Positions 11,613-22,689 of a DNA stretch of 64,000 bases are shown piece by piece. The number at the start of each line of letters is the position of its first letter. The stretch's first letter is position 1. A program made the translations under genes and the position numbers. The notes beneath the pieces are model-generated. The model made no database searches and had not been told where the DNA came from. It worked only from the letters and a program-made list of their open reading frames with translations. Source of the stretch: Batkoa obscura (Eukaryota); NCBI GenBank assembly GCA_030770535.1, contig JASVEC010000013.1:62001-126000 (forward strand). The letters are read 5' to 3'.

Positions 11613-13382
11613 ATGACTCATTTAATAACCAAAACTTTAAAAGATAATAAAACCTACTTACCAAAAGCCCATGAGAGAATAACCTTACTGGAGAATGAGT
11701 TGTTAACTTGTCTGTCGAAATTAAATGACAATGGCAACGATAAACAAGCGAAACCCAACAAAGCCCTATTACTAGAATATATCCGATGGAGTCTAGTTTG
11801 TATATCCAGAAACAAAAAATTAGAAGGATTAAAGAGAGAAGTTAGACGAAAAGCGAATAAAGAAGCGTATTACAAAGAAGTGAACCATTTTAAGATGGAA
11901 GTTAATAGCGGATTAAATTATTATAGTTCACTATTAAATCCAGATACAAGTGATACATTGAACCGGCTATATACTAACTGTATTTCAAATCCCAGTTTAG
12001 ATTTATATATTTCTCCAATGAAAGTGGACGGAAAGAAACCATCCGAGTTAATAAGAAGTTTTGTAAACATTTATAGTTTTCATTTGGATAAAAATGGGCT
12101 ATGGTTTTCTCAGGATGAAATAGAAGGGATATTAAGAGATAAAGAAGAAAATTTATTAAAACAAATGTTATTAGAATCTATTAGTAGCTTAATGAATTCT
12201 GAGCTAAAATTTCATTTTAAGATAAGGAATATTGAACAAAGACTTATTGAATGTTATAATAGTCCAAATATCTCAAATTTATTTGCTATTACTTTAATTG
12301 TTGGTGAATTAGTCTTCAAAAATGATTTCAGAAAAGCAGCTTATTACCTTTCAAATGCTACTAGGATGGCTTCTATATTAGGGATTAATGATACTACAAA
12401 TAGTTTAATAATTGATATCAATAATGGTATTTTTAAATGTTCAAATTCTTATAAGAAACTTTGGGAGTTATTATTATTATTTCAATTAATTTTATTAGGT
12501 GAAGAAGGGGCAGGATTACCCATTATAAAAGAAGTAAAAGTATCTTCGTTTAATCATGTAAATAATAAAGCTATTTGTTTACCAACCATGTCGAGACATT
12601 CTCAAAATAATGTATCTTATAGTATTCAAAATTTTAATTGTATGATGAATTATAAGGACAAAAGTAACGATACAGAGATGATTTATTATTCCAAATGTAT
12701 AGCATTTCATTTACAATTGTTACAGTCTCAAATTAATAATGAACATTTAATAAATAATGTCAAAGCAATCAATTCAATTGAAGAGTTTTATTTTAAAAAA
12801 GATGAATTAAGTAATTTATTAATAGCAATTGAGACTGCTTTAAAAAATACTCCTTCTAGTTATAAAGTTTATAATCTATTAACTAAAAATCAAATTAATG
12901 AAATTTCCAATTTTGGTTTACCTCAGCCCGATACAAAGCCTACTTTTGGTTCCTGTGGTTATTTATTACTATTAAATGGCAAATTATATCTAGCTGATCC
13001 CATATCTCATTTCAATTCATATAAACATGATTTATTAGAAGATTGGCTTTGGGAAATAGGATTACAAGCAGCAGATGATATATATTTTTTATTTTCAACT
13101 TTATTTAACAAAAAAAGGAAAGAAGGCTATGTTTATCACTTAGTAAATAGTGCCCTTGATTGTATCCCTGCATGTGCATTTTATTTTAATGTATTAGCGA
13201 ATAAAGCATTTAACCTTAACACTCTTGAACAAGTTTATTTGAAACTTAAAGAGATGTTAAAGTGGTTTAAAGAGGATAGTGAGAAGCATCATATCTTTAA
13301 TAACTCATTAATATTTATCAATATAGTGTCTCAGTTTATCAAAAATTTTAATTTATCATCAAATTATTCGTTTGATTTATAA
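11613..13382 (+). CDS. Fungal TF middle-homology-region protein with no visible Zn2Cys6 domain (paralog of 6295-8091)
   Basis: 589-aa ORF with AAYYLSNATRMASILGI. Shares the LYISPMKVDG..PSEL, KAIxLPTM, YYS and WLWxIGL blocks with its paralog. Confidence 0.7.
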   Translation: MTHLITKTLKDNKTYLPKAHERITLLENELLTCLSKLNDNGNDKQAKPNKALLLEYIRWSLVCISRNKKLEGLKREVRRKANKEAYYKEVNHFKMEVNSGLNYYSSLLNPDTSDTLNRLYTNCISNPSLDLYISPMKVDGKKPSELIRSFVNIYSFHLDKNGLWFSQDEIEGILRDKEENLLKQMLLESISSLMNSELKFHFKIRNIEQRLIECYNSPNISNLFAITLIVGELVFKNDFRKAAYYLSNATRMASILGINDTTNSLIIDINNGIFKCSNSYKKLWELLLLFQLILLGEEGAGLPIIKEVKVSSFNHVNNKAICLPTMSRHSQNNVSYSIQNFNCMMNYKDKSNDTEMIYYSKCIAFHLQLLQSQINNEHLINNVKAINSIEEFYFKKDELSNLLIAIETALKNTPSSYKVYNLLTKNQINEISNFGLPQPDTKPTFGSCGYLLLLNGKLYLADPISHFNSYKHDLLEDWLWEIGLQAADDIYFLFSTLFNKKRKEGYVYHLVNSALDCIPACAFYFNVLANKAFNLNTLEQVYLKLKEMLKWFKEDSEKHHIFNNSLIFINIVSQFIKNFNLSSNYSFDL

Positions 13383-14662
13383 TCATAACGATTATGATTA
13401 TTAATTTTTATGATATTAAACTAATATATTGACCGCCGCTATCTCTTTTCCTTTAAGCCACTTTTTCAGATGTTACCTTAGTCTCTAAAACAATACTTTT
13501 CACTTTTAAAGCTTTGAGTCATAAATAAAAAATTACCACTTTATAGTCTGATCTATCCAGTAATCTTTCTTCCCCATTTAACCTTATCACTATCCAAATT
13601 CATAAAAGCTTTCAAGAAGACAGAGGTGAATCAGATATAACTTTTCCTATCTGCTTTTTCCAAAGATAACAATTGATTGAATTCAACTTTTATCTTATAA
13701 GACGATTTCCTTTAAATGGTTAAATCTCTTATGTCTATTGATTTAAGTTTTAAGTTTTATATTTTATTTTAGTTAATAAAGTGTTTAAAGCTAACATCCT
13801 CTAAAAAAATAATTTGATTAACTTTTAGATTCAAAAAATGGGTTTTATAAAAGAAAAAACGTTTTAATATTAATTTTAATATTATTTACAAATTAGATAA
13901 AAATAAAATATTTGAAGTACATTTTAAACAACAAATGATAAAAACTTTTTATAATTAAATAAAGTTAAATGTTATCAGGGAAAAAATTATAATTAAAAGT
14001 GTTATATAAAAATTAAAATTACAGTAATTATTCATTAAATATTTTTAATTTTTAAAACAAAATTTCTAATTTTAAATAATATAAATTTGATAAAATAAAC
14101 AAAAATAAAGGTCTAGTGTGAAAGTTGGTACTCAATGGTAGGAGTTAAAAGTAGTTCTTGGTTGATTGACTTGCCTTGAGTCGAGCGGTTTTAGTTTATA
14201 CAACTAAGATAGACTTAAATGAATAAGATTAATACGTAATAGTCTATGAACTATGTAAAACAAATAGAATAGACAATACTACTGTAAAATCTATGTAAGA
14301 TGTTGTCAAAAAGGCTTAGTGGCTTTATTAATGGTACGATATCAGGGAGTAATTCAGTTAAAAAGCCTCGAGTTATCATATTGAAGAATCTCTTTTATAC
14401 TCCAACAAGTATGGATATTAAAATGAGAAGATAATATCCTTTGCAATGTGAAGTTAGAAATCCTCGCAGCAAATCAAAATAAGGGACTCTGAATTGATTA
14501 TACCACATGGATCATAGTCAAATTGATTACAAGACTACCACTAGTTTTGTAAACAAGTTAAATGATTATTATGCTATAATCAATCCGAGAGCTGATAAAC
14601 CAATATTTCACACTGGTATATTCATTTAAATTCAAAAGTAAATTATAATACAATATTTTAAA

Positions 14663-14772
14663 TATATGGGGATGTATTTTTTTGTTTAAGAATTTTGCTA
14701 ATAACTTTTCCACTCAAATAGCGCTTAAAAAATGTAAAGAGTGATGAAATCAAAAAAAACACCCCTATATAT
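14663..14772 (+). mobile_element. MITE family A copy 3
   Basis: TATATGGGGATGTATTTTTTTG...CAAATAGCGCTTAAAAAATG...AAAAAAAACACCCCTATAT. Confidence 0.9.
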
Positions 14773-15060
14773 ATTTTTATTATATTAAGCTAGTTATAAA
14801 ATAGCTTTATAGTTTCAAATAAACAATAAATCATTAAACAAATAACTGTAGCATTACAAAAAAAAAATTCTATTAAAATAAGTTTTTTTTTAAAGATAAT
14901 AAACATTTACCATTACAGCCAATAATTTTTGTTTTTTATAAGTATAAAAGTGAGTAGGTTATTTTATAATTGACTTATACTGCTTCAGGTAGTTTTAAGT
15001 TTGTAAAAGTTTAACGGTATATTAATAAATTATCTTATAACTAAATAACAAATCAATAAT

Positions 15061-15133
15061 GGGGAACTAGCTCAGATGGTAGAGCGCTCGCTTAGCATGC
15101 GAGAGGCACCGGGATCGATGCCCGGGTTCTCCA
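15061..15133 (+). tRNA. tRNA-Ala (anticodon AGC)
   Basis: Cloverleaf: acceptor GGGGAAC/GTTCTCC with G3:U70, anticodon arm CTCGC-TTAGCAT-GCGAG, T-arm CCGGG-ATCGATG-CCCGG. T-run downstream. Confidence 0.96.
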
Positions 15134-15717
15134 AAATCAAAAGTTCTTTTTAGATTTGTCTTTTTGCTCTCATAATAAGCAAATAATAAATACTTAGATT
15201 AAAAGTTAATTTTAAGGATATTAAAGATAGTATTTATTAATTTAATTTAGAATTTCAAGTTTTATAACTAGATTTTTTTTAGTTATAATTTTACTAGTTA
15301 AGTAATAAAAAGTTTTATGAAATCTGAAGGATATTGAGCTTTATTTTTACTTTATCAATTAATTTTTGCCTAACCAATAAAATTTGTAAAGCTTATTAAT
15401 TTATTTTATTATAGTTAGTAAAATAAAATTAACAATAATAATAAACAGTTAATAAATTAACTACCATTATATCACATTATGAAAAAAACTCAATTATAAA
15501 TTTTGTTAAAGCTTAAGGATTAGGCTTTTAAAAAAGCCAATTAATCAAATAATAACCAAATAATTTTTTTCAATAAACTGTTTATTTGAAAGTAAATAGT
15601 TATTATTATTTAGATAAGTGAATTAATTGGCTCAATTTTAAAATAGAAAATATCAAAAATAAGCCACTTTTATTAAAGTTTTTATGTTTTTAATAATTAA
15701 ATATATTAAATTAGTTC

Positions 15718-17067
15718 ATGTTTTATTTCATCTTACTATTAAGTCTAAGCTGGACCTTAGCGACAATCAACAATGATCCCAAGTTATATAATGGGAAATG
15801 TATATTACTAAAGGATACAATTTATTATTTTGGTGGAAAAGTATTTAATAAAGGAAAAGAAGAGATGAATAAATATGTTTATAAGATGAAGTTAAAGCAA
15901 GTTAAACAATTAAAATGGGACAAAATAAATAATAATAGTTTATTTACTAATAAAATATATTCTAATATAATAGAATATAATAAGACAATGATTTTGATGT
16001 TAATAGAACAAGATACAAATACAAAAAATGAATTCATTATGTATAATATTCAATCGAATACCTGGATTAAAGATATTGAAATGAAATTAAATTTGAGTAA
16101 GGTATTAAATAATAATTCATTAATACATCCTTATTTAATAAAAGATAGAGATAACAATATGATATATTTATTTGATGGTAAATTTAAAAACAATATTTAC
16201 AATAAAGATATGTTTATTTATAATATAAACAAGTCAACTTGGGATAAAAGAAATTTCAATGCAATTAGTGATATTAATGGTGAGGCTATTTATTTAAAAT
16301 CAATGATTATTATAATTGGTGGAGAAAAAGAAAATCAAACTAAATATAAAAATAATCAATTAAATCTAATATCATTAGATATAATGAATTTAATTACAAA
16401 ATCAACTTCAGGTATAATACCATCTAATTTGAATAAGTTTTTAATAACAAATTATAAAGATAATATTTATATTATAGATAATAATAATAATAATAATAAT
16501 ATTTATAAACTTAAAACTTCAATATTTGAATGGGAAAAAATTAATATTAAGGGATTAAAAGTATATGAGGATGCTTGTTTAATAGGTTATAATGAACATT
16601 TAATAGTTTCTTTTGGAAAAAATAAAGAAGACTATAATACAAATATTCAAATTATTAATTTAAAGGAGGGAAAGTTAGTTGATAATATAATTAATGAAAC
16701 TCACTTAGCGAATGATAATAATAATAATAATAATAGTATAAAATCAACAGAAGAAATCAATAATAATTTAATAATAAATACAATATTAGGAATATCAATA
16801 AGTTTATTAATAATAATAATAATAATACTTAGTATTATATTTTATATTAAATATAAAAAGAAAATCAATATAAATAATAATTATAAGCCACCCGAGTATT
16901 TAGATGAATTATTATGGATTTATAATGAAAAAGAAATAAATAGTAAAATCAACTTTGATACTCAGTTAACTTATATTGATTCAGATTTAAATTCACCAGA
17001 GAAAGCACTATTATATTTAAATAAAGAAAATGTAGTTTATACAGTTACACAAAGACATTGTAATTGA
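15718..17067 (+). CDS. Signal-peptide, single-pass membrane Kelch beta-propeller protein
   Basis: N-terminal signal peptide, IYYFGG, IIIIGG and LIVSFG Kelch blades, TM helix ILGISISLLIIIIIILSIIFYI followed by basic residues and a cytoplasmic tail. Confidence 0.8.
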   Translation: MFYFILLLSLSWTLATINNDPKLYNGKCILLKDTIYYFGGKVFNKGKEEMNKYVYKMKLKQVKQLKWDKINNNSLFTNKIYSNIIEYNKTMILMLIEQDTNTKNEFIMYNIQSNTWIKDIEMKLNLSKVLNNNSLIHPYLIKDRDNNMIYLFDGKFKNNIYNKDMFIYNINKSTWDKRNFNAISDINGEAIYLKSMIIIIGGEKENQTKYKNNQLNLISLDIMNLITKSTSGIIPSNLNKFLITNYKDNIYIIDNNNNNNNIYKLKTSIFEWEKINIKGLKVYEDACLIGYNEHLIVSFGKNKEDYNTNIQIINLKEGKLVDNIINETHLANDNNNNNNSIKSTEEINNNLIINTILGISISLLIIIIIILSIIFYIKYKKKININNNYKPPEYLDELLWIYNEKEINSKINFDTQLTYIDSDLNSPEKALLYLNKENVVYTVTQRHCN

Positions 17068-17357
17068 ATAATAAATTCGATTGAAATTCAATGAATGATA
17101 AACTTTGAAATTCTTTTTGGTTAATCAATATTATTATTTTTTCTTTTTGGTTAATCTTAGTTGATCTAATATCAATCTAAAATTCAATATTCATTTTAAA
17201 CCAATCAATATTCGCCAAGCATATCAATTAATATATTTTAAATTAAAATAAATCTTGACAACAAGTGGTGTAACTTAAATTAAAGCATATTTAAACTAAT
17301 TTTTTTTTTTTTAATAATTCAAACTGTTTTTATTATTTTAATAATTTTATATTAATA

Positions 17358-17783
17358 ATGACTTATACCGATTTTTTAGGTGCTAATCATGCAGCTTCAG
17401 GACATTGGAATGATGCTCCTAAATCAATCTTATTAAAAAAGAATCAAAATAAAGATATTAATTCTGAGATTCAATATACTCAATTTGAATGTTATACTAA
17501 ATTAACTCAACTCATTAACAGTATTGATATCAATTCATTATCTATAATGGAAAAAAACAAAATTAAAGATATTAATATGAGGTTAGAAGCGTTTAAAAAT
17601 TTAAAAGAAGTATCTAATGAAGTGTTAATGATGTTATCAAATATTATTCAAAAGTTAATAGAGAAAGAGTTTAAAGCTGCTCTTGATTTACATGCTAAGG
17701 TACTACTTCAAGCTGATGGAATTCATACGCGTTGGTTAGTTGGAGTTAAAAGAATTATTGAAGTTTTAAAGATTCAAGTTTAA
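17358..17783 (+). CDS. Stand-alone SRA1/Sec31 C-terminal helical-domain protein
   Basis: GHWNDAP motif (cf. GWNDPP) and C-terminal DINMRLE...AALDLHAKVL...WLVGVKRII. Confidence 0.75.
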   Translation: MTYTDFLGANHAASGHWNDAPKSILLKKNQNKDINSEIQYTQFECYTKLTQLINSIDINSLSIMEKNKIKDINMRLEAFKNLKEVSNEVLMMLSNIIQKLIEKEFKAALDLHAKVLLQADGIHTRWLVGVKRIIEVLKIQV

Positions 17784-18411
17784 AGTTTAGACGAGTGTAT
17801 TACTATTATTATTATTAAATATGAAACTAATTTTATTAACTAATTTTTATTGTTATTTTTTATTATATGTTTATTAATACAATTAAAGTAATTAATAAGT
17901 AATTTAAACAAGATTATCTTTTATTATTTTATTAATAAAATTTAATATCATCTTTTTAATAAATTGATTATTTTATTCTTAATTTATTATACTTTGATAT
18001 AAGTTTCTATTATAATAAGTATAGAAAGCGACTTAACTTTATGTTAGAATACGATATAAAATAAAATAATTAAATAGAAAGCTTTAGTTTATTAAATTTA
18101 ATTATTAATCATAATCTGTTCTTTGTTTAATATATATCATTCTATTTACTTTTCATAATCAATAATAACATCTTTTAATTAATCATTTTATTTTATTAAC
18201 ATAATTTTCATTTAAATAAACTAATAAAATTCAATAAATCTAATAAAAATTGTTCTTAACATTTATAGTCAAAGTTTCATTAAAAAGGTAATATTTTCAA
18301 TATTAATAAATTAATAGTTCCAATAAATTTTATAAACTAAAAAAATAACAATGAAAAAAAAATATCTACTTCTATTACTTTTTTATAATTGAATTTTTTT
18401 TATATAAAATA

Positions 18412-19554
18412 ATGTTAATAATAACTTTAATCTATTTCTTCCTTCCTTTTATCTTTTGCAAAAACAATTTTCATTGTGATATAATATCTGGTAAAGCCTA
18501 CCTCATTGGGGGCAGTGTCTCAACAAATTCAGGAAAATCAGCAGCATTTAGTAAAGTATTAATTAGTGATTTAACTCAAGATGTGAATTTAACTTCAATT
18601 AATATCAAATGGGATTTCAAACCTACTATATCATCACCTATGAATTATGATGGGGGATTTATTACTTTAATTGAAGAAAGTAAAGTATTATTTTTTAACG
18701 GTAAAAAATTACAATTATTAGTATTAGATATTAATACATTAGAATGGAAATTAATGAGAGAACAATCAGAAGAATTTAAGAAATTATTTAATAATAATGA
18801 TATTAATGAATTAGAAGGATTACAATTAATAAAAGATGATATTAAAAATTGTGTTTATTTATTTGGTGGGAAATCAATAACAAAAAACAAAAAACAAATT
18901 AAAAATAAGAAATTATTTATATTTGATTTAACTACATTGAAATTTAGTAATAAAACAGATGAAGTCGACTTTCCATTTGATAGTAAATTAGTTTATGTTA
19001 AAGGTGTAATTGTGAGTTTAGGAGGCTATGATATGAATGGAAAACAAGTAGGATATTCAAAAGCAATTATTAAATCTATCAATAAACCACAATTTGAATT
19101 AATAACTGATTTCAAAGATACCAGTATACTTAATCCTTCTTTATTATCAGATTCAACTGGTTTTTATTTACTTGGTGGTAAACAAAAAGAATCTGTAATT
19201 TATTTACTTACATTAAATAAAGATAGTTTAACATCGGAGCCCATATTAATTGATAATCTCATTTCATTTGAAAATCCCTGTTTATTAACCTTTAATAATT
19301 ATCTCATCTACACATCTGGTACTGATGAAATTGGTAATATAGTCAATCAAATTCAAGTAATTGATTTATATAATATGAATAAAGTAACTTATTCCAATAT
19401 AAATTTAAATCAAACATATACTTTTAGAGATCCAGCTAATTATGGTGCTATGTTAGGAGGTGTCACTGGTACTGCTACTGGTTTATTTTTTATATTATTA
19501 TCCATAATTTATTTTTTTTATATTAGAAGAAATAAAAACGTTAGTTTGAATTAA
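18412..19554 (+). CDS. Signal-peptide, single-pass membrane Kelch beta-propeller protein
   Basis: Signal peptide, YLIGG, YLFGG, SLGG and YLLGG blades, C-terminal TM helix followed by RRNK. Confidence 0.8.
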   Translation: MLIITLIYFFLPFIFCKNNFHCDIISGKAYLIGGSVSTNSGKSAAFSKVLISDLTQDVNLTSINIKWDFKPTISSPMNYDGGFITLIEESKVLFFNGKKLQLLVLDINTLEWKLMREQSEEFKKLFNNNDINELEGLQLIKDDIKNCVYLFGGKSITKNKKQIKNKKLFIFDLTTLKFSNKTDEVDFPFDSKLVYVKGVIVSLGGYDMNGKQVGYSKAIIKSINKPQFELITDFKDTSILNPSLLSDSTGFYLLGGKQKESVIYLLTLNKDSLTSEPILIDNLISFENPCLLTFNNYLIYTSGTDEIGNIVNQIQVIDLYNMNKVTYSNINLNQTYTFRDPANYGAMLGGVTGTATGLFFILLSIIYFFYIRRNKNVSLN

Positions 19555-19633
19555 CAATTAGGTTAAATTCAAAATATAAAATTAAATATATATTTTATTG
19601 AATATTGTTATTTATTTTATCATACAATCTAAG

Positions 19634-19720
19634 TGAGGGTGTTTTTTTAGCTTCATTATTTTTTCCATTTTTAAGTGCTATTTGAGCGGAAAAATTGTTA
19701 AACATAAAAATACATTTCCA
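19634..19720 (-). mobile_element. MITE family A copy 4 (internally deleted)
   Basis: TGAGGGTGTTTTTTTAGCTTCATT...AAGTGCTATTTGAGCGG...AAAAATACATTTCCA. Confidence 0.8.
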
Positions 19721-19933
19721 AGTTTTTTATCAATAATCTTTTTTTAGTTTGAAAACAATTTCAATAGTTTCATTAATTATAATAAAACCTTTATTTATCT
19801 GATTTAAATAAATAATTTATTAGCAATATACTTTTGATAAAAAATAATAATCAACAGATATCTACTTTAAAATATTAACTTCTGATCTCTAGAGTATTTT
19901 ACTACCCACATGAGCACCAAAAGGAGTTCTTTA

Positions 19934-20006
19934 TGGAGAACCCGGGCACCGGGATCGATGCCTCTCGCATGCTAAGCGAGCGCTCTACCATCTGAGCTAG
20001 TTCCCC
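19934..20006 (-). pseudogene. tRNA-Ala(AGC) duplicate with a 10-bp inversion in the T-arm
   Basis: Identical to 15061-15133 except that CCGGGATCGA is replaced by its reverse complement between GGCA and TGCC (19949-19958). Confidence 0.9.
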
Positions 20007-20429
20007 ATTATTGATTTGTTATTTAGTTATAAGATAATTTATTAATATATTTTAAAATAATTAATCCTTGTTTCCTGAATATTTTCTGAATTTAGATCAA
20101 AACCTGTAATGTTTATTATAAAAAGTAAAATGAAGTTTAAAAAGGAGTTAAAGGGAAGAAGGCCAATATCTTTGCAAAAGGAATGCATTTGAAAAAGGAA
20201 ATATTCAGGTAATGAAAAATTAAAAGTTAATATAAATTTAATAGGGAATTAAAAAACTAATGTCTTTTATATCAAACTAAAAAAATAACTTTATTAATAA
20301 TAAGCATTTTACAAATAATAAAAACAAACTTTAAGATCTTTAAAGTGGGGTTGGGTTGAAGCTTTTTTAACATGGCAAGCAGTAATATAAAAATAAAAAC
20401 AAAACTAATAATAATGAAAAATAATAATA

Positions 20430-20536
20430 ATGGGGGTGTTTTTTTTGACTTCATTACTTTTTCCATCTTTTAAGCGCTATTTGAGTGGGAAATTGTTAGT
20501 GAAATCCTTAAATACAAAAATACATCCCCATATATA
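20430..20536 (-). mobile_element. MITE family A copy 5
   Basis: ATGGGGGTGTTTTTTTTG...AAGCGCTATTTGAGTGG...AAAAATACATCCCCATATA. Confidence 0.9.
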
Positions 20537-20544
20537 ATTCTATA

Positions 20545-20860
20545 ATGATCTACATCTATACTTGAGCTTTTTCATCTTCATCTAAATCGGAATCAGAATA
20601 ATTTTTTGGCTGTGGATATTTTTTCTCATATATATTTAAATGCTTCATCAATAGTCCATTTTATATAATAAATTTTTGTCAAAATTCACCACTAAAGTAA
20701 CCAGTATAGCATGGATAAGTTAAGTTTCGTTGGATAACTTTGTTAATAATCTTAAATAAATATTTATTTAAAAACAGAGGTTAATTAATCCATATGGATC
20801 TAATAATTCAAATATCTCTTCTAATAAGATGTCAGATGAATAATCGAATTGAATTGTCAT
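20545..20860 (-). pseudogene. F-box protein 5' fragment
   Basis: MTIQFDYSSDILLEEIFELLDP..LCF(fs)LNKYLFKIINKVIQRNLTY...NGLLMKHL with stops. Homologous to the N-termini at 9658 and 24111; ends at MITE A copy 5. Confidence 0.8.
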
Positions 20861-20960
20861 TTCAAATAATAATTAATTTATAAGAAAGATTAAAATATAT
20901 TAAATTTAAGATATGAGTTTCTGTAAATGTAAGATTTAAGAAAGCGAAATTTTAATTTCC

Positions 20961-21065
20961 TATATGGGGATGTATTTTTTGTTTAAGGATTTTACTAACA
21001 ATCTTTCCACTCAAATAGCGCTTAAAGATGGAAAAAGTGAGGTTAAAAAAAACACTCCAATATAT
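20961..21065 (+). mobile_element. MITE family A copy 6
   Basis: TATATGGGGATGTATTTTTTG...CAAATAGCGCTTAAAGATGG...AAAAAAAACACTCCAATAT. Confidence 0.9.
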
Positions 21066-21965
21066 TACTGAAAAGAATTAATAATCTTTTAAATAAATTA
21101 AAAAACCACCAAAGTATTTAGTTAACTAATTGATACCATTTACTATCTAAGTAAATTACTATGTCTTTATTAAAATTCTCAAAATTCTATATCTTAAACA
21201 AATTTTATTATATTAAATTACTCTTTAAAAAAGCTATAGTTCAATTTATTGATAGTTTGAATTAAAATATTTATACTTTCCCAAAAAAAACTCATAAATT
21301 TTATAATTTGGTTCTCTTGCGTCTACTATCACCCATTTCCTTATCAGTTCTGGTTAAATTTAAGGACTTTTACCCTACCTTACCTTACAAAACCTACCTT
21401 GACCTTTTACTCCTTTTACTGCTGAAATAAAACACTACAGATTATTCCTAATTTTAAAAAAAACATTTAAACAAGTGAACTATATTGGAATATTAAAGTT
21501 GTATAAGGTGTAGTTATAACTATTTCGATGTAAATGATTTATAATTATATCAGCTCTAATTTATAATGAAATGGCATTGATTATCATTTATTTTGTTAGA
21601 CTAATAAATATCAAATTGATTTTTATAATTTTATTTATAGCTTTTTATTAGTAACATAAATTATGTGATTTAATTACAAAAGTTATAATATCTCTACTAT
21701 TAAAAGACACGCTAAAGGGTTTATTTGAATATATCTTTAATCAACAGATGAAATAACAGTCAATCCCTTTTTTCTTCAATTTAAAACCTATTAAGTTAGA
21801 ACTTGAATTTAATTAAATTTAGAAATATAAGATAAATTTATACTTTCAAATTATAATATAATTAATGTTAAAATATCATAATTTAAATTAAATACTGTTT
21901 TGACTAGGTATTTCAAAAAATAAAAACATACAGTATTTACACTTAATACATTAAGTCACTCGAAG

Positions 21966-22277
21966 TTAAGGATAATTACATAATACTTTATCTTAGGCCT
22001 GCTGTTAATAATGGACTTTTAGCCCACATCGAAGATGGACATATTGTTTTTGAGCACAAGTATAAAATCCAATTATTTATAGTATCACAAATCTCGTCTC
22101 CTTTACGACAACTTCCATCTAAGCGCTCAGCAGAGCTTCTAAAGTTTCCGAATCGGTTACCAGCCCCATGGTCATAATAAGCTTACTTTCATATTATAAA
22201 TACTGTTTTTTGTGGAACAAACTAAAACTAAGGATTGGAGCAATGGTAACAAGTAAAAGAATGAGATTGAATTTCAT
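21966..22277 (-). pseudogene. Pseudogene paralog of the secreted CBM19-like protein at 634-1020
   Basis: MKFNLILLLVTIAPIL...QYL*YE..(fs)YDHG...SCRKGDEICD..(fs)GFYTCAQKQYVHLRCGLKVHY*QQA*DKVLCNYP*. Confidence 0.8.
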
Positions 22278-22689
22278 TTCATTTTGTTGAATTTTGATAA
22301 TAATAGTATTTATTACTTTATTCTTTATATACTATGGTTCTATCGCCTTATAGTTCTTACCTTGTACTATGAGGAGCAAAACTTAAAACTTTGGCTTCAT
22401 ATTCCTTTCTTGAAATTATTTTCAACAAATCATTGCTGTCTATTATTGATATGTTGTATTAAAGTATAGATCATAGTTGAAAAGTAGTAAAATTAATATA
22501 ATATCATAAATGCTGAAATTTCTCTTTAAAATGGTGGCGTTAGTTAAAGCATGGTAATACATTGGTAATATACGTCTTTTAAACAGACAATATTAAATCC
22601 ACAGTTGACAAACAAAATGGCCTATAATTGTGGGTTCGTGAAGCTTATCTGCTATTTATTATCATAGTATATTAAAAATATAACGGATT

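Noticed and set aside
13430..14620. Patches that look like decayed coding or retrotransposon sequence (e.g. SYI*FTSVFLKAF on minus; IYVRCCQK on plus)
   Set aside because: Motifs are too short and interrupted to assign without a database search.
15536..15632. Short inverted repeat AGCCAATTAAT...ATTAATTGGCT upstream of a Kelch gene
   Set aside because: Only about 11 bp in very AT-rich DNA; may be chance or an unrecognisable MITE relic.
16478..16735. (AAT)n runs encoding poly-Asn in the Kelch gene
   Set aside because: Ordinary microsatellite low complexity for an AT-rich genome.
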